From: Planctomycetota bacterium
GTDB lineage: Bacteria > Planctomycetota > PLA2 > JAEUHO01
Length of the DNA stretch: 48,227 bases
Reading direction: 5' to 3'
Assembly (NCBI GenBank): GCA_965223505.1
Contig: CBDCWP010000014.1
Location: forward strand, 1-48,227
The translations under genes and the position numbers were made by a program. Under the pieces are notes generated by a model. That model saw only the letters and a list, made by a program, of their open reading frames with translations, was not told the DNA's origin and ran no database searches. Positions 10,895-20,667 of this stretch are shown in pieces (positions within the stretch are counted from its first letter, which is position 1; the number at the start of each line of letters is the position of its first letter).

Positions 10895-11715
10895 TACGGT
10901 CGCTTGGGGAACTTGCCGAAGTCCGGCTTGCGCTTCTCGAGGAACGCGTCGCGTCCTTCCTGGCCTTCTTCCGTCATGTAGAAGAGCAGTGTCGCGTTGC
11001 CCGCCAGCTCCTGCAGGCCCGCCTGGCCGTCGCAGTCGGCGTTCAGGCCGGCTTTCAGGCAACGGATCGCGAGCGGCGAGTTGGCCAGGATCTCCTTGCA
11101 CCACTGGACCGTCTCTTCTTCGAGCTTCTCGTACGGGACGACCGTGTTGACCAGCCCCATGTCGAGCGCCTGCTGCGCGTCGTATTGGCGGCAGAGGAAC
11201 CAGATCTCGCGCGCCTTCTTCTGTCCCACGAGTCGCGCCATGTAGCTCGCGCCGTATCCGCCGTCGAACGAGCCCACGCGCGGGCCCGTCTGGCCGAAGC
11301 GCGCGTTGTCGGCGGCGATGGTGAGATCGCACATCATGTGTAGGACGTGTCCGCCGCCGATGGCGTAGCCCGCGACCATCGCGATCACCGGCTTGGGGCA
11401 GCGCCGGATCTCGCGCTGCAGGTCCAGCACGTTGAGGCGGTGAATGCCCTGCTTGTCCTTGTAGCCGGCGTCGCCGCGAATGCGCTGGTCGCCCCCGGCG
11501 CAGAAGGCGTCCTTGCCCTGGCCCGTGAAGATGATGACGCCGATCGTCTCGTCGTCGCGCGCGTCGTCCAGCGCGGCCCGCATCTCCATCACGGTGGTCG
11601 GCCGGAAGCTGTTGCGCACCTCCGGACGGTCGATGGTGATCTTGGCGATGCCGTCCCACTTCTCGTAGCGGATGTCGTCGTAGTCGCCCGCCGGCTCCCA
11701 CGGGAAGTTGGCCAT
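10894..11715 (-). CDS. menB: 1,4-dihydroxy-2-naphthoyl-CoA synthase
   Basis: Crotonase-fold MenB signatures [62 protein letters not shown]. Confidence 0.97.
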   Translation of the reverse strand: MANFPWEPAGDYDDIRYEKWDGIAKITIDRPEVRNSFRPTTVMEMRAALDDARDDETIGVIIFTGQGKDAFCAGGDQRIRGDAGYKDKQGIHRLNVLDLQREIRRCPKPVIAMVAGYAIGGGHVLHMMCDLTIAADNARFGQTGPRVGSFDGGYGASYMARLVGQKKAREIWFLCRQYDAQQALDMGLVNTVVPYEKLEEETVQWCKEILANSPLAIRCLKAGLNADCDGQAGLQELAGNATLLFYMTEEGQEGRDAFLEKRKPDFGKFPKRP

Positions 11716-11788
11716 CGAGGTCTCCTCGGGCCGGGCAGCTCCGGCCGACGCACAGTTTCTGGGGTCGGCGGCATTCGGCCCAGGGAAG

Positions 11789-12580
11789 TCAGGGTGCGTC
11801 CAGGAACGACCGCACGCAGCGCGTGAACGCCTCCGGCTGCTCGAGATGCACGGCGTGGCCGGCCTGGGTGATGACGACCGCTTCCGCGCCGGGGCACGCG
11901 GCGAGCGCCGAGCGGTTCATGTGCATGTACTTCGCGTCCTCGGCGCCGGCCACGAGCATCAGGGGGTCCTCGCGACGGCCGAGCGCGCGCCAGTACGACG
12001 GCTGCTCGCCCAGACCGAGGCAGCGGAGCGCGCGGCTCAATCGCTCCGGATCGCCATGCAGCCGCCGCGCCAGGACCCGCGGAAACTCGTCGCTCGAACG
12101 CAGCCCGTCGAAGAGCGGCTGCGCGTACCAGTCCTCGAGGAACGCATCGAACGGCTCCGCTGCCAGCCGGTCCGCGATCACCGCGTCGCTGACTCTGCGG
12201 CGCGCGCGATCCTCCTCGTCCTCCAGGCCCGGGTTCGCGCCGAGGATCACCGCGCGGCGGATGCGGTCACCGGCCGTCGCCAGCATGCCGAACGCGATCC
12301 GACCGCCCATCGAGTACCCGAGGAGGTCGAAGGGGCCTTCGATCGAACGACCGATCCACTCGAGGACGAGCTCGCAGGTCGCTTCGAACACCGGCGCCGT
12401 CGCAGGCAGCGGCGCCGGCGACGCGCCGTGGCCCGGAAGGTCGAACGCGATGCATCGGCGCTCCCTGCCCAGGCGATCGAAGAGGTCGCCGAAGTCCTCG
12501 GCGCATCCGAGAAAGCCGTGCAGACAAACGAGCGGTGCTCCCTCGCCGGCGCCCACGTCGACGAGGCCCGGCACTCTCAC
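11789..12580 (-). CDS. menH: SHCHC synthase (alpha/beta hydrolase)
   Basis: [40 protein letters not shown]. Lies between menD and menB. Confidence 0.9.
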   Translation of the reverse strand: MRVPGLVDVGAGEGAPLVCLHGFLGCAEDFGDLFDRLGRERRCIAFDLPGHGASPAPLPATAPVFEATCELVLEWIGRSIEGPFDLLGYSMGGRIAFGMLATAGDRIRRAVILGANPGLEDEEDRARRRVSDAVIADRLAAEPFDAFLEDWYAQPLFDGLRSSDEFPRVLARRLHGDPERLSRALRCLGLGEQPSYWRALGRREDPLMLVAGAEDAKYMHMNRSALAACPGAEAVVITQAGHAVHLEQPEAFTRCVRSFLDAP

Positions 12581-14286
12581 GCTCGAAGTGCTCCTTCGAT
12601 GGCCTGCTCGAGTGCCTGGTGCTGCCTGACGTTGTCGTCGAGGCTCGAGGTCACCTCGATCAGCGCCCGGTCGGGCAGCGCGACGGCGATGCGGTACGCG
12701 TCCTTGAACCCATCACGATCGTGGACGCGGAAGTAGCGCATGCCGAACATCGATGCGGCACCCTCGAAATTGAGGTCGTGCGGCGTATCGAAGTACGGAC
12801 TGAAGATGTCCTCGTGGCGGGCGATTGGCAAGAACGAGAAGATGCTTCCGCCGCCGTTGTTGCACACCACGATCGTCAGCGGCTGCTCCAGATACTGCAG
12901 ACAGCCCAGCGCGTTGATGTCGTGAAGGAGTGCGAGATCGCCGATCAGGAGCGTGGTCGGCGCGCCGAGCCCCTCGGCGAAGCCGGCAGCCGTCGAGACG
13001 ACGCCGTCGATGCCGCTGGCGCCGCGGTTGGCGTCCACCGGGAGGTTCGGGCCGTCCCACGCTGCGAAGTGCTGCACGTCGCGAATCGGCATGCTGCTCG
13101 ACAGGAAGAGCCCGTGCTCCTCGCGCATGTGCTTGCTCAGCCAACGCGCGACGAACGGTTCGCTCAGCCCGATTCCTCTGTCGAGCGCGTTCGCGAGAAT
13201 CGCGTCCACGCGTGCGCTTCGTTCGCGCAGCGCTTCGAGATCGACGCCGTCGGCGGCATCGACGCCTTCGGCCACCGCGGCGCACCATGTCGCGGGATCG
13301 GCGACGATCGCGTCCGTGATCGTGTGCCCGGGATCCAACGCCGCGCTGTGCGCGTCGACGAGGATGTAGGTCTTCTGCTTGTCCGCGTCGAGGTGTTGCT
13401 GCAAGCGCTTCGACGTGAGCCGGTGGCCGAGCTGGATCACGGTGTCGGGCGCGTAGGCGCCGACGAGGCGATCCATGTGCGCGACGTAGTTGGGCGACAC
13501 GTTGCCAAGCCGTCCGCCGGACCGAATGTCCGCCGTCCACGGCCAGCCGAGCGACGCTGCGAGCGACGCGGCGGCCGCCACGGTCCGCTCTCGGTCTGCG
13601 AGCGGGATGGCGCCGACGATCAGCAGGCCCCTTCCGCCAGGTCGGTGCGGGTCCGCACCCCTGGGTTCGAGCGCGGCTTCACAGGCTTGGGTTGCGCGAG
13701 TCTCGAGGCAGGCCGGATCCCACGCGGCTTCGGTCGGGGCAAGCGGCTCGCGAAACGGGCAGTTGACGTGCACCGGGCCTGCGACGTGTCCGGCCCGGGC
13801 GCCGAGCGCGCTCTCGTACGCGCGTTTCGCGGCGCTCTCGACCGTGGCGGCCGGCACCGTGTCGTCGGGAACGGGCAGGTCGATCGCCCAGCGCGTGTAG
13901 CCGCCGAAGATCCCCGGCTGGTCGATCGCCTGATTTGCGCCGCAGTCCAGCAGCTCCGGCGGGCGATCGGCGGTAAGGACGATCAGAGGGACGAAATCCA
14001 TCGAGGCTTCGACCACCGCCGGCAGGAGATTCGCGACCGCGGTGCCCGACGTCGTGATGACGGCGGCCGGTTGTCCGCTCCCGCGCGCGATTCCCAGCGC
14101 GTGAAACGCGGCGCCGCGCTCGTCGATGCGGATGCGCACGTCCGCGTCGTCGTTCAGCGCCGCGGCGCGCACCAACGGCGAGGAGCGCGAACCCGGCGCG
14201 ATGACCCAGCGGCGTACGCCGAGTGCGACGAGCCGATCGACGAGCAGCCGGCCCCAGAGCGCTTGGATGTTCGGTTCATCCTTCAC
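12577..14286 (-). CDS. menD: SEPHCHC synthase (TPP-dependent)
   Basis: IAPGSRSSPL, IDERGAAF, TSGTAVANL, TADRPPEL, NRGASGIDG, GDLALLHD, NNGGGSIF. Confidence 0.95.
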   Translation of the reverse strand: MKDEPNIQALWGRLLVDRLVALGVRRWVIAPGSRSSPLVRAAALNDDADVRIRIDERGAAFHALGIARGSGQPAAVITTSGTAVANLLPAVVEASMDFVPLIVLTADRPPELLDCGANQAIDQPGIFGGYTRWAIDLPVPDDTVPAATVESAAKRAYESALGARAGHVAGPVHVNCPFREPLAPTEAAWDPACLETRATQACEAALEPRGADPHRPGGRGLLIVGAIPLADRERTVAAAASLAASLGWPWTADIRSGGRLGNVSPNYVAHMDRLVGAYAPDTVIQLGHRLTSKRLQQHLDADKQKTYILVDAHSAALDPGHTITDAIVADPATWCAAVAEGVDAADGVDLEALRERSARVDAILANALDRGIGLSEPFVARWLSKHMREEHGLFLSSSMPIRDVQHFAAWDGPNLPVDANRGASGIDGVVSTAAGFAEGLGAPTTLLIGDLALLHDINALGCLQYLEQPLTIVVCNNGGGSIFSFLPIARHEDIFSPYFDTPHDLNFEGAASMFGMRYFRVHDRDGFKDAYRIAVALPDRALIEVTSSLDDNVRQHQALEQAIEGALRA

Positions 14287-14289
14287 GCG

Positions 14290-15555
14290 TCATCCTTCGG
14301 AGGGGGCTCTCAAGATCTCGTCCAACGCACGCATCTTCCCCGCGGTCTCCTGCCATTCCATCCCCGGATCAGAGCCCTGTACGATGCCCGCGCCGGCGTA
14401 GATGCGCACGTGGTTTCCTTGAATCCGCGCGCTGCGTATGCCCACCGCGACCGTCGAGTCGTCGGGCGACAGCAGGCCGACCGGCCCGCTGAACATCCAG
14501 CGCTCGAACGGCTCCAGGCGGCGAATCGTCTTCCGCGCCTCGTCCACGGGAACGCCGCACACGGCCGGCGTCGGGTGGAGCGCCCGAAGCACCTGGGAAT
14601 CGCCGACCTCGCGCCGCAGCTGTCCGCGAATGCGCGTGTGGAGATGCAGGAGATGGGGCAGCACGCGAATGCTCGGCCCGTCGACCACGAGCTCGCCGTC
14701 GATCAGCGCATCGAGCGACGTGCGGATGTGGTCCGCGACGAACGCGTGCTCTCTGCGGTCCTTCTTGCTCTCGGACAGCTCCGTCGCCAAGCGCGCGTCT
14801 TCGGCCGCGTCCGCGCCTCGCGGGCGCGTGCCGGCGAGCGCTTCGCTCTCGATCTCGCCTCCCCGGCGGCGGAACAACAGCTCCGGCGTCGCGCCGAGGA
14901 CGGCGTTGCCGGCGGCGAACTGGAACGTGAAGTGAAACATCTCGGTTTGCCGCTTTGCCAGCTGCTCCGTGATGGCGAACGGATCGGGCCGCTGCTCGAA
15001 CGTGAATACGCGCGAGCGCGTGAGCACGCACTTCGAGAGCGCGTCCGCTTCGATCGCATCGAGGATCTCGGCGACGGCGGCATCCCACGCGCTGCGTGAC
15101 GGGTGGTCGTCCACGTCGTCCGTTCGCTCGACCGGCGCCTCTGCCGCCGGCGGCCCGAGGGACGACAGCACGTGGTGTACGCGCGAGGCCGGCACTTCGT
15201 CTTCAGCGTGAACGCGAAGTACGTGGTCGTCCTCGTCGCGACGAAGCTCCACGAGCGGCGTCACCACGGTGGCCGCACCGTCGAAGCGTCCGGCGACCAG
15301 TCCGTTCCCGCCGTGGCGAACGGCGCCGAACCCGACGACGGCGGTCTCGATCTCGCGGTCGCGATCGCGCCAATAGGCGCGTTGATCGATGGACTGGCCG
15401 CGCAGCCACGGAAGCAACGGTGTTGCAGGAATCGCCACTTCGATCCGTGTGGCTTCCCGGACATCGGAGAGCGATGCGAGGAGCGCCGCGTACGCCTCGT
15501 CCAGAGTGGTGGCGTCTTCGAGCCGAACCACGGGGATCGTTCGGTACTTGGGCAA
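14290..15555 (-). CDS. menF: Isochorismate synthase
   Basis: Chorismate-binding motifs GATPELL, EALAGT, KDRREH, LHPTPAVCG, YAGAGIVQGS. First gene of the men operon; TTG start. Confidence 0.9.
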   Translation of the reverse strand: MPKYRTIPVVRLEDATTLDEAYAALLASLSDVREATRIEVAIPATPLLPWLRGQSIDQRAYWRDRDREIETAVVGFGAVRHGGNGLVAGRFDGAATVVTPLVELRRDEDDHVLRVHAEDEVPASRVHHVLSSLGPPAAEAPVERTDDVDDHPSRSAWDAAVAEILDAIEADALSKCVLTRSRVFTFEQRPDPFAITEQLAKRQTEMFHFTFQFAAGNAVLGATPELLFRRRGGEIESEALAGTRPRGADAAEDARLATELSESKKDRREHAFVADHIRTSLDALIDGELVVDGPSIRVLPHLLHLHTRIRGQLRREVGDSQVLRALHPTPAVCGVPVDEARKTIRRLEPFERWMFSGPVGLLSPDDSTVAVGIRSARIQGNHVRIYAGAGIVQGSDPGMEWQETAGKMRALDEILRAPSEG

Positions 15556-15613
15556 GGCGCGCAGATTCTACGGGGCCGTGCATCGGCCCGCGCGTTCGTG
15601 GCATCCTGTCGGC

Positions 15614-17242
15614 ATGCGAAGGGCCGGGCTCTGGATCGTCGTCGCTGCCCTGGTCGCGGGCGGGGTCTTCGTGTGGACGCCGTGGTCGTCCGGCGACCGG
15701 ACCGAGCTGCGGGAATTCACGAAGGCGGCGCCGGCGACGCGCGCGCCGAGCTCGCCGGTCGCGGCGACGACCTCGGAGATCCACCGGGCGGAGTCTTTGC
15801 CCCCACCCGAGACCATGCCCGGTGCGCGACCGTACGATCCGACGCCGATCGAGGGCTTCACGGAGACGCTCGTTGGGCGGGTCCTCGGCCCGAGCGGCGA
15901 GGGCGTACCGGACGTCACGCTCACGTTTCGCCTCACCGAGCCGAGGGATCACCGCGTGCCGGTGGGCAAGCGCGCGCCCGGCAAGAAGCGCGGTGGTCTG
16001 GTACGCACGGACGGTGCCGGGCGGTTCGAGGTCCCCGACGTCAACTTGATGGGCGGGATCGCGGAGGTCTGGTTTCGACGCGTGCCACGAGACTACGTCC
16101 TGCCCGTCAAGAAGCGCTTCCCGTTGAGCGGCGGCGCGGTGGAGCTCGTTCTCGAACACAGCGAGTTCATCGAGGGCATCGTGGTGCCGGACCCCGAGCG
16201 AGGCATGCCGACGTACTGCGTCGTCAACGCGCACTGGCACGACGCCGTCGGTCGCAGCCATGCGAGTGCGAAGGCCGACGCGAGCGGCCGGTTCTCGATC
16301 GGCAGCATTCCACCGGGTGCAACGGCGACGCTGGTCGCGTACGTCTCGTACGCGCGAAAAGAGGAGATTTCGGTACGACTGGACGACGGAACGGTGCATG
16401 TGTTCGGCGAGCGACCCGTCCGGAGTGGACCACCCGTCGCGACGGTTCGCGGCGTCGAGGCCGGGAACCGCTCCGTCGAGATCCGTCTGGGCGAGCAGCA
16501 ACGCGTCAAGCTCGTCGCGCTGACCCGCGCCGGGACGCCGCTCGTCCGCGCACGGATCGAGATCGAACCGCACGACGCGTCGGTGCCCAACCGGGTCGCG
16601 ATCACCGACGCGCAAGGTCGTGCCGAGATCGAGGGGCTGCCCGACGGTTCGTATTCCGCGATGCCGCTGACGAGCTCGCGTTGGGGGCCGCTCGACTTCG
16701 AGGTCGAGAACGGGAAGGTGGAGCTGGTCTTCTCCGTCATGACGAAGAAGTCACTCGTCGGACACGTGATCGGCAGCGGCGACGTCGGCGGGTTTCGGGT
16801 CGCCGCGAAGCCGAGCGACGGCGGCGCGGCGCTCATCGCCTTGACCGACGACGACGGGCGCTTCGAGCTCGAGCTCGACGATGGCGTGCCTCACGACTTG
16901 AACGTCGAGCGGTTCGGGGACGAGCGCTGCGCGCATCGGACAGGCGTCGTGGCGTCGGACGACGCGCTCACGATTCGTCTCGAACGCGGCGGGTCGATCC
17001 GCGGGCAGCTGCTCGACGTCGACGGAAAGCCGGTCGACCGTGAGGGCTGGGCGCACGCCTTCAACGAGGACGTGTTCGTAGCCGCGTCGATCCTGTCCAA
17101 GGGCCGCTTCACGCTGTACGGCCTGCCACCCGGTCGTTACACCGTGCGTGCGGGTGGCGGCGGATCTTCCTTCCATGCGGAACGGAAGGAGGTCCTGTCC
17201 GGCACCGAGGATCTCGTGCTGCGGATTCCCGAGCGGCGCTAG
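15614..17242 (+). CDS. Membrane-anchored/secreted protein with carboxypeptidase-regulatory-like (Cna-B-like) beta-sandwich repeats
   Basis: Start ATG 15614 gives an N-terminal TM (MRRAGLWIVVAALVAGGVFVW). Repeated TDxxGRF/GLPPGRY motifs. Confidence 0.75.
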   Translation: MRRAGLWIVVAALVAGGVFVWTPWSSGDRTELREFTKAAPATRAPSSPVAATTSEIHRAESLPPPETMPGARPYDPTPIEGFTETLVGRVLGPSGEGVPDVTLTFRLTEPRDHRVPVGKRAPGKKRGGLVRTDGAGRFEVPDVNLMGGIAEVWFRRVPRDYVLPVKKRFPLSGGAVELVLEHSEFIEGIVVPDPERGMPTYCVVNAHWHDAVGRSHASAKADASGRFSIGSIPPGATATLVAYVSYARKEEISVRLDDGTVHVFGERPVRSGPPVATVRGVEAGNRSVEIRLGEQQRVKLVALTRAGTPLVRARIEIEPHDASVPNRVAITDAQGRAEIEGLPDGSYSAMPLTSSRWGPLDFEVENGKVELVFSVMTKKSLVGHVIGSGDVGGFRVAAKPSDGGAALIALTDDDGRFELELDDGVPHDLNVERFGDERCAHRTGVVASDDALTIRLERGGSIRGQLLDVDGKPVDREGWAHAFNEDVFVAASILSKGRFTLYGLPPGRYTVRAGGGGSSFHAERKEVLSGTEDLVLRIPERR

Positions 17243-17251
17243 CTGCTTCGA

Positions 17252-18384
17252 TCAGCGTATGAGGAACCAGAGTTGCGGTCCGACGCCGGTGTTCGCGGGT
17301 CCGCAGAACACCGCGACATCGCCCGACTGCGATACGCCCCCACGGTAGTTCTGGGGTCCGCCTCCTTCGACCAACAGCCGGCCGTCGGGGAGGACCGCGT
17401 AGTCCAAGCCGACCGACGTGAAAACCGGAACGGTGAGCATCCCGTCGATGTTCTGCAGCACGGGGGAGAGCTCCAGGATTCCCGGCGACGTCGTCTTCGC
17501 GTTCGTGATCATCGAGAACCACGTCGGGGGCGCCGTACCGAAGGCTGCAATCAACGCCGACGCATACGTTCCCGACAACGTCGCGTTCGAAGCCCCGACC
17601 GCGGCCTTGACGAGAACGACCAGGATCGGCGCTTGGCCGGCGGCGCCGCCGCCCAGCACGACGAGGTCGCCGTTGGCGACAATCGAGCCTTCCAACGTGA
17701 ACGGTACGTCCAACGAGAAGCTGCCCGTGACGGTACCGTCGGCGGCAACGTTGTACGTGATCGGTCCCGTGTCGATGCCGCCGATGACGCCGCCGATGTT
17801 GCTCTCCGTCGTCGCGGTGCCGCCGCCAATGCCGTCGAACGACGCGCTGCCGAAGAAGGTCGCCGCCTGCGTCCGTGACCTCGTAGTAGAAGAACGCGCA
17901 CAGGTGGTATTGCCCCTGGAGGCTCGCGTTGCTGTGGGTGCCCTGTTGTCGCCCCATGATCATGAGATCGGTGGGACCGAGCACGGAGCAGCCGAACGCC
18001 AGGGAGCCGTCGGCGGAGATGGCGCCCAGCATGGTCACCACGCCGCCGCTCGTCGGCAGGAACTTGAGCACGCGGTCGGCGTCGATGTGGTAGTCGAACA
18101 GGGTCGTCGGGAACGGGCCGTTGATCGCGCCGTTGCTGTTGGACGTCACAGATCCCGGCGCCAAGAACGCGCCGGCGCCGTCACCGATCCAGGTGCCCCA
18201 CCGGGCGGTGCCCAGGAGTTGGTTGCCGCCGAACGACGTCGAGTAGTAGGTGCCTGTGAGCAGCGTGAGCGGATCCACCGGCGAGCCCGCGGGACGCCGA
18301 CGGGGCGTTGCCACCGCCGCCGCAGGCGCCCATGAGGGGGAGCGCGCCGAGCACGAGGATCGTCAGCAGGCTTCGCATTCGCAT
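17252..18384 (-). CDS. Lipoprotein with three internal beta-rich repeats, split by two frameshifts (~18300 and ~17875)
   Basis: Lipobox LMGA-CGGGG in ORF 18181..18384 (AGGAG RBS). Continues in the frame of 17109..18314, then in the frame ending at 17252. Repeats LTGTY / SNASLQGQY / SNATLSGTY link the three pieces. Confidence 0.65.
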
Positions 18385-18471
18385 GGTCCGTGCTCCTGGG
18401 AGGTTCCTCTCTCCCAGGCGTCAGGCGCTCACGTCGCGTGCCATTGCAACGCCGCGTCTCGATGGCGAAGC

Positions 18472-18497
18472 GAAGCCGCCCCCGAAGGGGCGGCTTC
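18472..18497 (-). terminator. Hairpin downstream of the slipin gene (11-bp stem, cUUCGg loop)
   Basis: Minus strand GAAGCCGCCCC-TTCG-GGGGCGGCTTC, 13 nt after the slipin stop. U-tract weak. Confidence 0.6.
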
Positions 18498-18510
18498 CGA
18501 GCGGTCCGGG

Positions 18511-19650
18511 TCACTCCGTGCCGTCGGCTTCCTGGACGAGACCGCGAACCTGCTTGATCAGGTCGCCCTGACCGAACACGAAGCTCGTCTTCGCACCGGC
18601 CAGCACTTCCTGCAGGAGCTCCAGCTCCTTCATGCGAGCGAGCACCGGGTTGTCCGCCAGCAGCTTGGCCGTGTTGGCCTGGCTACGCGCGGCCGCCGTC
18701 TCCTCGCGACGACGAATCAGGTTGGCCTCGGCCGCCTTCTGGGCCGTGATCACCTGGTTCAGGATCGTCTTCATGTCGCCCGGCAGGACGATGTCGCGCA
18801 GACCCACGCTGCGGACCGTGACGCCGAACGTCGCGGCGCGCTCGGCCAGGGCCTCACGCACCGTCGCGCCGACGGCTTCCTTGTCCGTCAGCAGGCCGTC
18901 CAGCGCGCGCGTACCCACGGCCGCCCGCAGTGCGAGCTGCGCGTCGCGGTACAGCGCCTGCTCCGCGTCGTTCGTCGCCTCGACGGACTTGACCGGGTCG
19001 TCGATCTGGTACGTCACGACGAGGTTCATGCGCAGCGTGACCTTGTCACGCGTCATGATCTCCTGGCCGGCGACGTCGAGCGTCTGCTCACGACGATCGA
19101 GCTCACGCGTCACGATGCGACCCGTCTGCTTCCAGTACGCGTAGCGACCGTGCAGCAGGCGCGTGACGAGCTCGTTGTCGCGGTAGACCAGGACCTCGGC
19201 GTACGGGTTCACGTTGACCGTTCCCAGGAACTCGCCGTAGCCCGGGTGTGCCAGGACGACCTCGAGCTGCTCGTGCTCGAAGCGGAAGCCCTCGATGTCG
19301 AAGACCTCGATCTTCACGTCGTACGGCTCCTTCCAGAACGCGTACAGGCCCGGGCCCAGGATCTGGAACAGACGGCCGTCACGCCAGACGAGTGCACGCT
19401 GCGTATCACGCAGGTCCACGACGTGCAGCGCGTCCGCCAGCGCCGGGTCCTTCACCAGGACCCGCAGCCACGGGTGAACGAGCGCCGTATCGAGCGTGTT
19501 CACGACGTAGACGAGGACCCTGCGGACGTTCAGCGGAAACGCCGGCAGCCAGTGCGTACCCGGCTGCAGGAGCTTGCGGAAGTCACCGCGCTGGAACATG
19601 AGGCCGCGCTGGTGCTTGAGGACGTGCTTGCGCTCGAGAAACAGGGCCAT
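18511..19650 (-). CDS. Slipin family SPFH/band-7 protein
   Basis: N-terminal LLxPGxHW/LGPGLYAFW repeats, GQEIMTRDKVTLRMN, QLALRAAVGTRALD, EANLIRRREETAAARSQANTAKL. Strong RBS AAAGGAGG upstream of ATG 19650. Confidence 0.9.
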   Translation of the reverse strand: MALFLERKHVLKHQRGLMFQRGDFRKLLQPGTHWLPAFPLNVRRVLVYVVNTLDTALVHPWLRVLVKDPALADALHVVDLRDTQRALVWRDGRLFQILGPGLYAFWKEPYDVKIEVFDIEGFRFEHEQLEVVLAHPGYGEFLGTVNVNPYAEVLVYRDNELVTRLLHGRYAYWKQTGRIVTRELDRREQTLDVAGQEIMTRDKVTLRMNLVVTYQIDDPVKSVEATNDAEQALYRDAQLALRAAVGTRALDGLLTDKEAVGATVREALAERAATFGVTVRSVGLRDIVLPGDMKTILNQVITAQKAAEANLIRRREETAAARSQANTAKLLADNPVLARMKELELLQEVLAGAKTSFVFGQGDLIKQVRGLVQEADGTE

Positions 19651-19730
19651 GGAGCACCTCCTTTCGAATCGTGGGTCCATGGGGGTCGTGGATGGCGGAC
19701 CGGAACCGCTCCGGTGCGCGAAGGGAAAGT

Positions 19731-20017
19731 GCGGGTTGCGAGGCCACCGGCTGGTCGGCCCCTGCGGCCCGGCGGACACGAAGTTCGAGGTTCGGTCCAT
19801 CGTCTGGATCGAACAGGTCCGCCGGGCCGCACCGCGTGGACGGCGCGCCGAGTCCCGCCTTCAGTGGGGACGGGTGGACGGCGCGTCGCAGGCGATGGGT
19901 GGTGAACCGGTATCCCTTCGTGTTCGAAGCCGTTTGGCAGGTGTCACGCCGATGTCGGCCGTCGAAACGGCGTTCAAGGGCGGGACGGGACGACGAGCGG
20001 CGCTACTCGCAACCCGC
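19731..20017 (-). ncRNA. Putative large structured non-coding RNA / leader upstream of slipin
   Basis: Nested perfect complementarities: 19731-19742 with 20006-20017 (12 bp), 19763-19777 with 19817-19831 (15 bp), 19852-19859 with 19979-19986 (8 bp), GCCGTTT/AAACGGC within 19929-19971. No credible ORF. Confidence 0.55.
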
Positions 20018-20039
20018 GTTGTCGGATGGCGCCCTTGCG

Positions 20040-20112
20040 GGCGAAGGCAGGACTCGAACCTGCAACCTCTCGATCCACCATCGTGTGCTCTAACCAGTTG
20101 AGCTACATAGGA
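20040..20112 (-). ncRNA. tRNA-like element 2 (D, anticodon and T arms present; no acceptor stem; GTG at the anticodon position)
   Basis: TA-GCTC-AACTGGTTA-GAGC-A-CACGA-TGGTGGA-TCGAG-AGGTT-GCAGG-TTCGAGT-CCTGC with canonical spacing. G at position 33. Positions 1-7 (TCCTATG) do not pair with 66-72 (CTTCGCC). Confidence 0.75.
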
Positions 20113-20181
20113 GAGAATGACGGGAGTCGAACCCGTGCTTCACGGCTCAGGCCGTGCGCTCTGCCACTGAGCTACATTCCC
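20113..20181 (-). ncRNA. tRNA-like element 1 (full cloverleaf, aberrant 6-nt anticodon loop, no encoded CCA)
   Basis: GGGAATG/CATTCTC acceptor stem, GCTC-AGTGGCA-GAGC D arm, CACGG-CCTGAG-CCGTG anticodon arm, ACGGG-TTCGACT-CCCGT T arm. Confidence 0.8.
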
Positions 20182-20667
20182 GGTAGTGGCCTCGCTTTCA
20201 TGCGAGTCACGACGCTGACGCTTCCGATGCTGTCGTCGGAACACTCGCAGTCGATACCGGAACGGCAGACTGTGGGCGCCGGCAGCACGCCAACGCGAAC
20301 TTCTACGCTCAGCGAATGCGTCCAGGCAATCGCTGTCGAGCGCTTGACGATGCGGCGACGGGTCGCAGCGGGTTCGCCGTGCGTGTGGGGTATGAGCGGC
20401 GTTTTGATGATTGCCTCACTGCGTTGCCTCCATCGCGCGGCCGCACGAGCCGGGCGCTGACTTTCGTCTAGGTCGCGAAACGGAACACCGGACATCGAAA
20501 CAACGGGACAGCGCTCCGCAGCGACGAGGAACAGACGAAGAGAACGACGAACGGGTTCCGCGGTTCGCGAGGTTTTTCTCGTCAGGAGGCGTAACCCGTC
20601 GTCCCGCCGAGGCGATGTTGGTCTGGGGGGCCCGCCGAGGGCGCTTGCGATCGCGATGCGTTCGCGC

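Noticed and set aside
20040..20181. Functional tRNA genes (e.g. tRNA-His)
   Set aside because: One has a 6-nt anticodon loop; the other has no acceptor stem and no U33. Reported as tRNA-like ncRNA instead.
20277..20293. Sigma54 promoter for the slipin RNA unit (TTGGCGT-N5-CGGC, minus strand)
   Set aside because: GG-N10-GC spacing fits, but the TTGC is absent and such matches are common in GC-rich DNA. Left unsupported.
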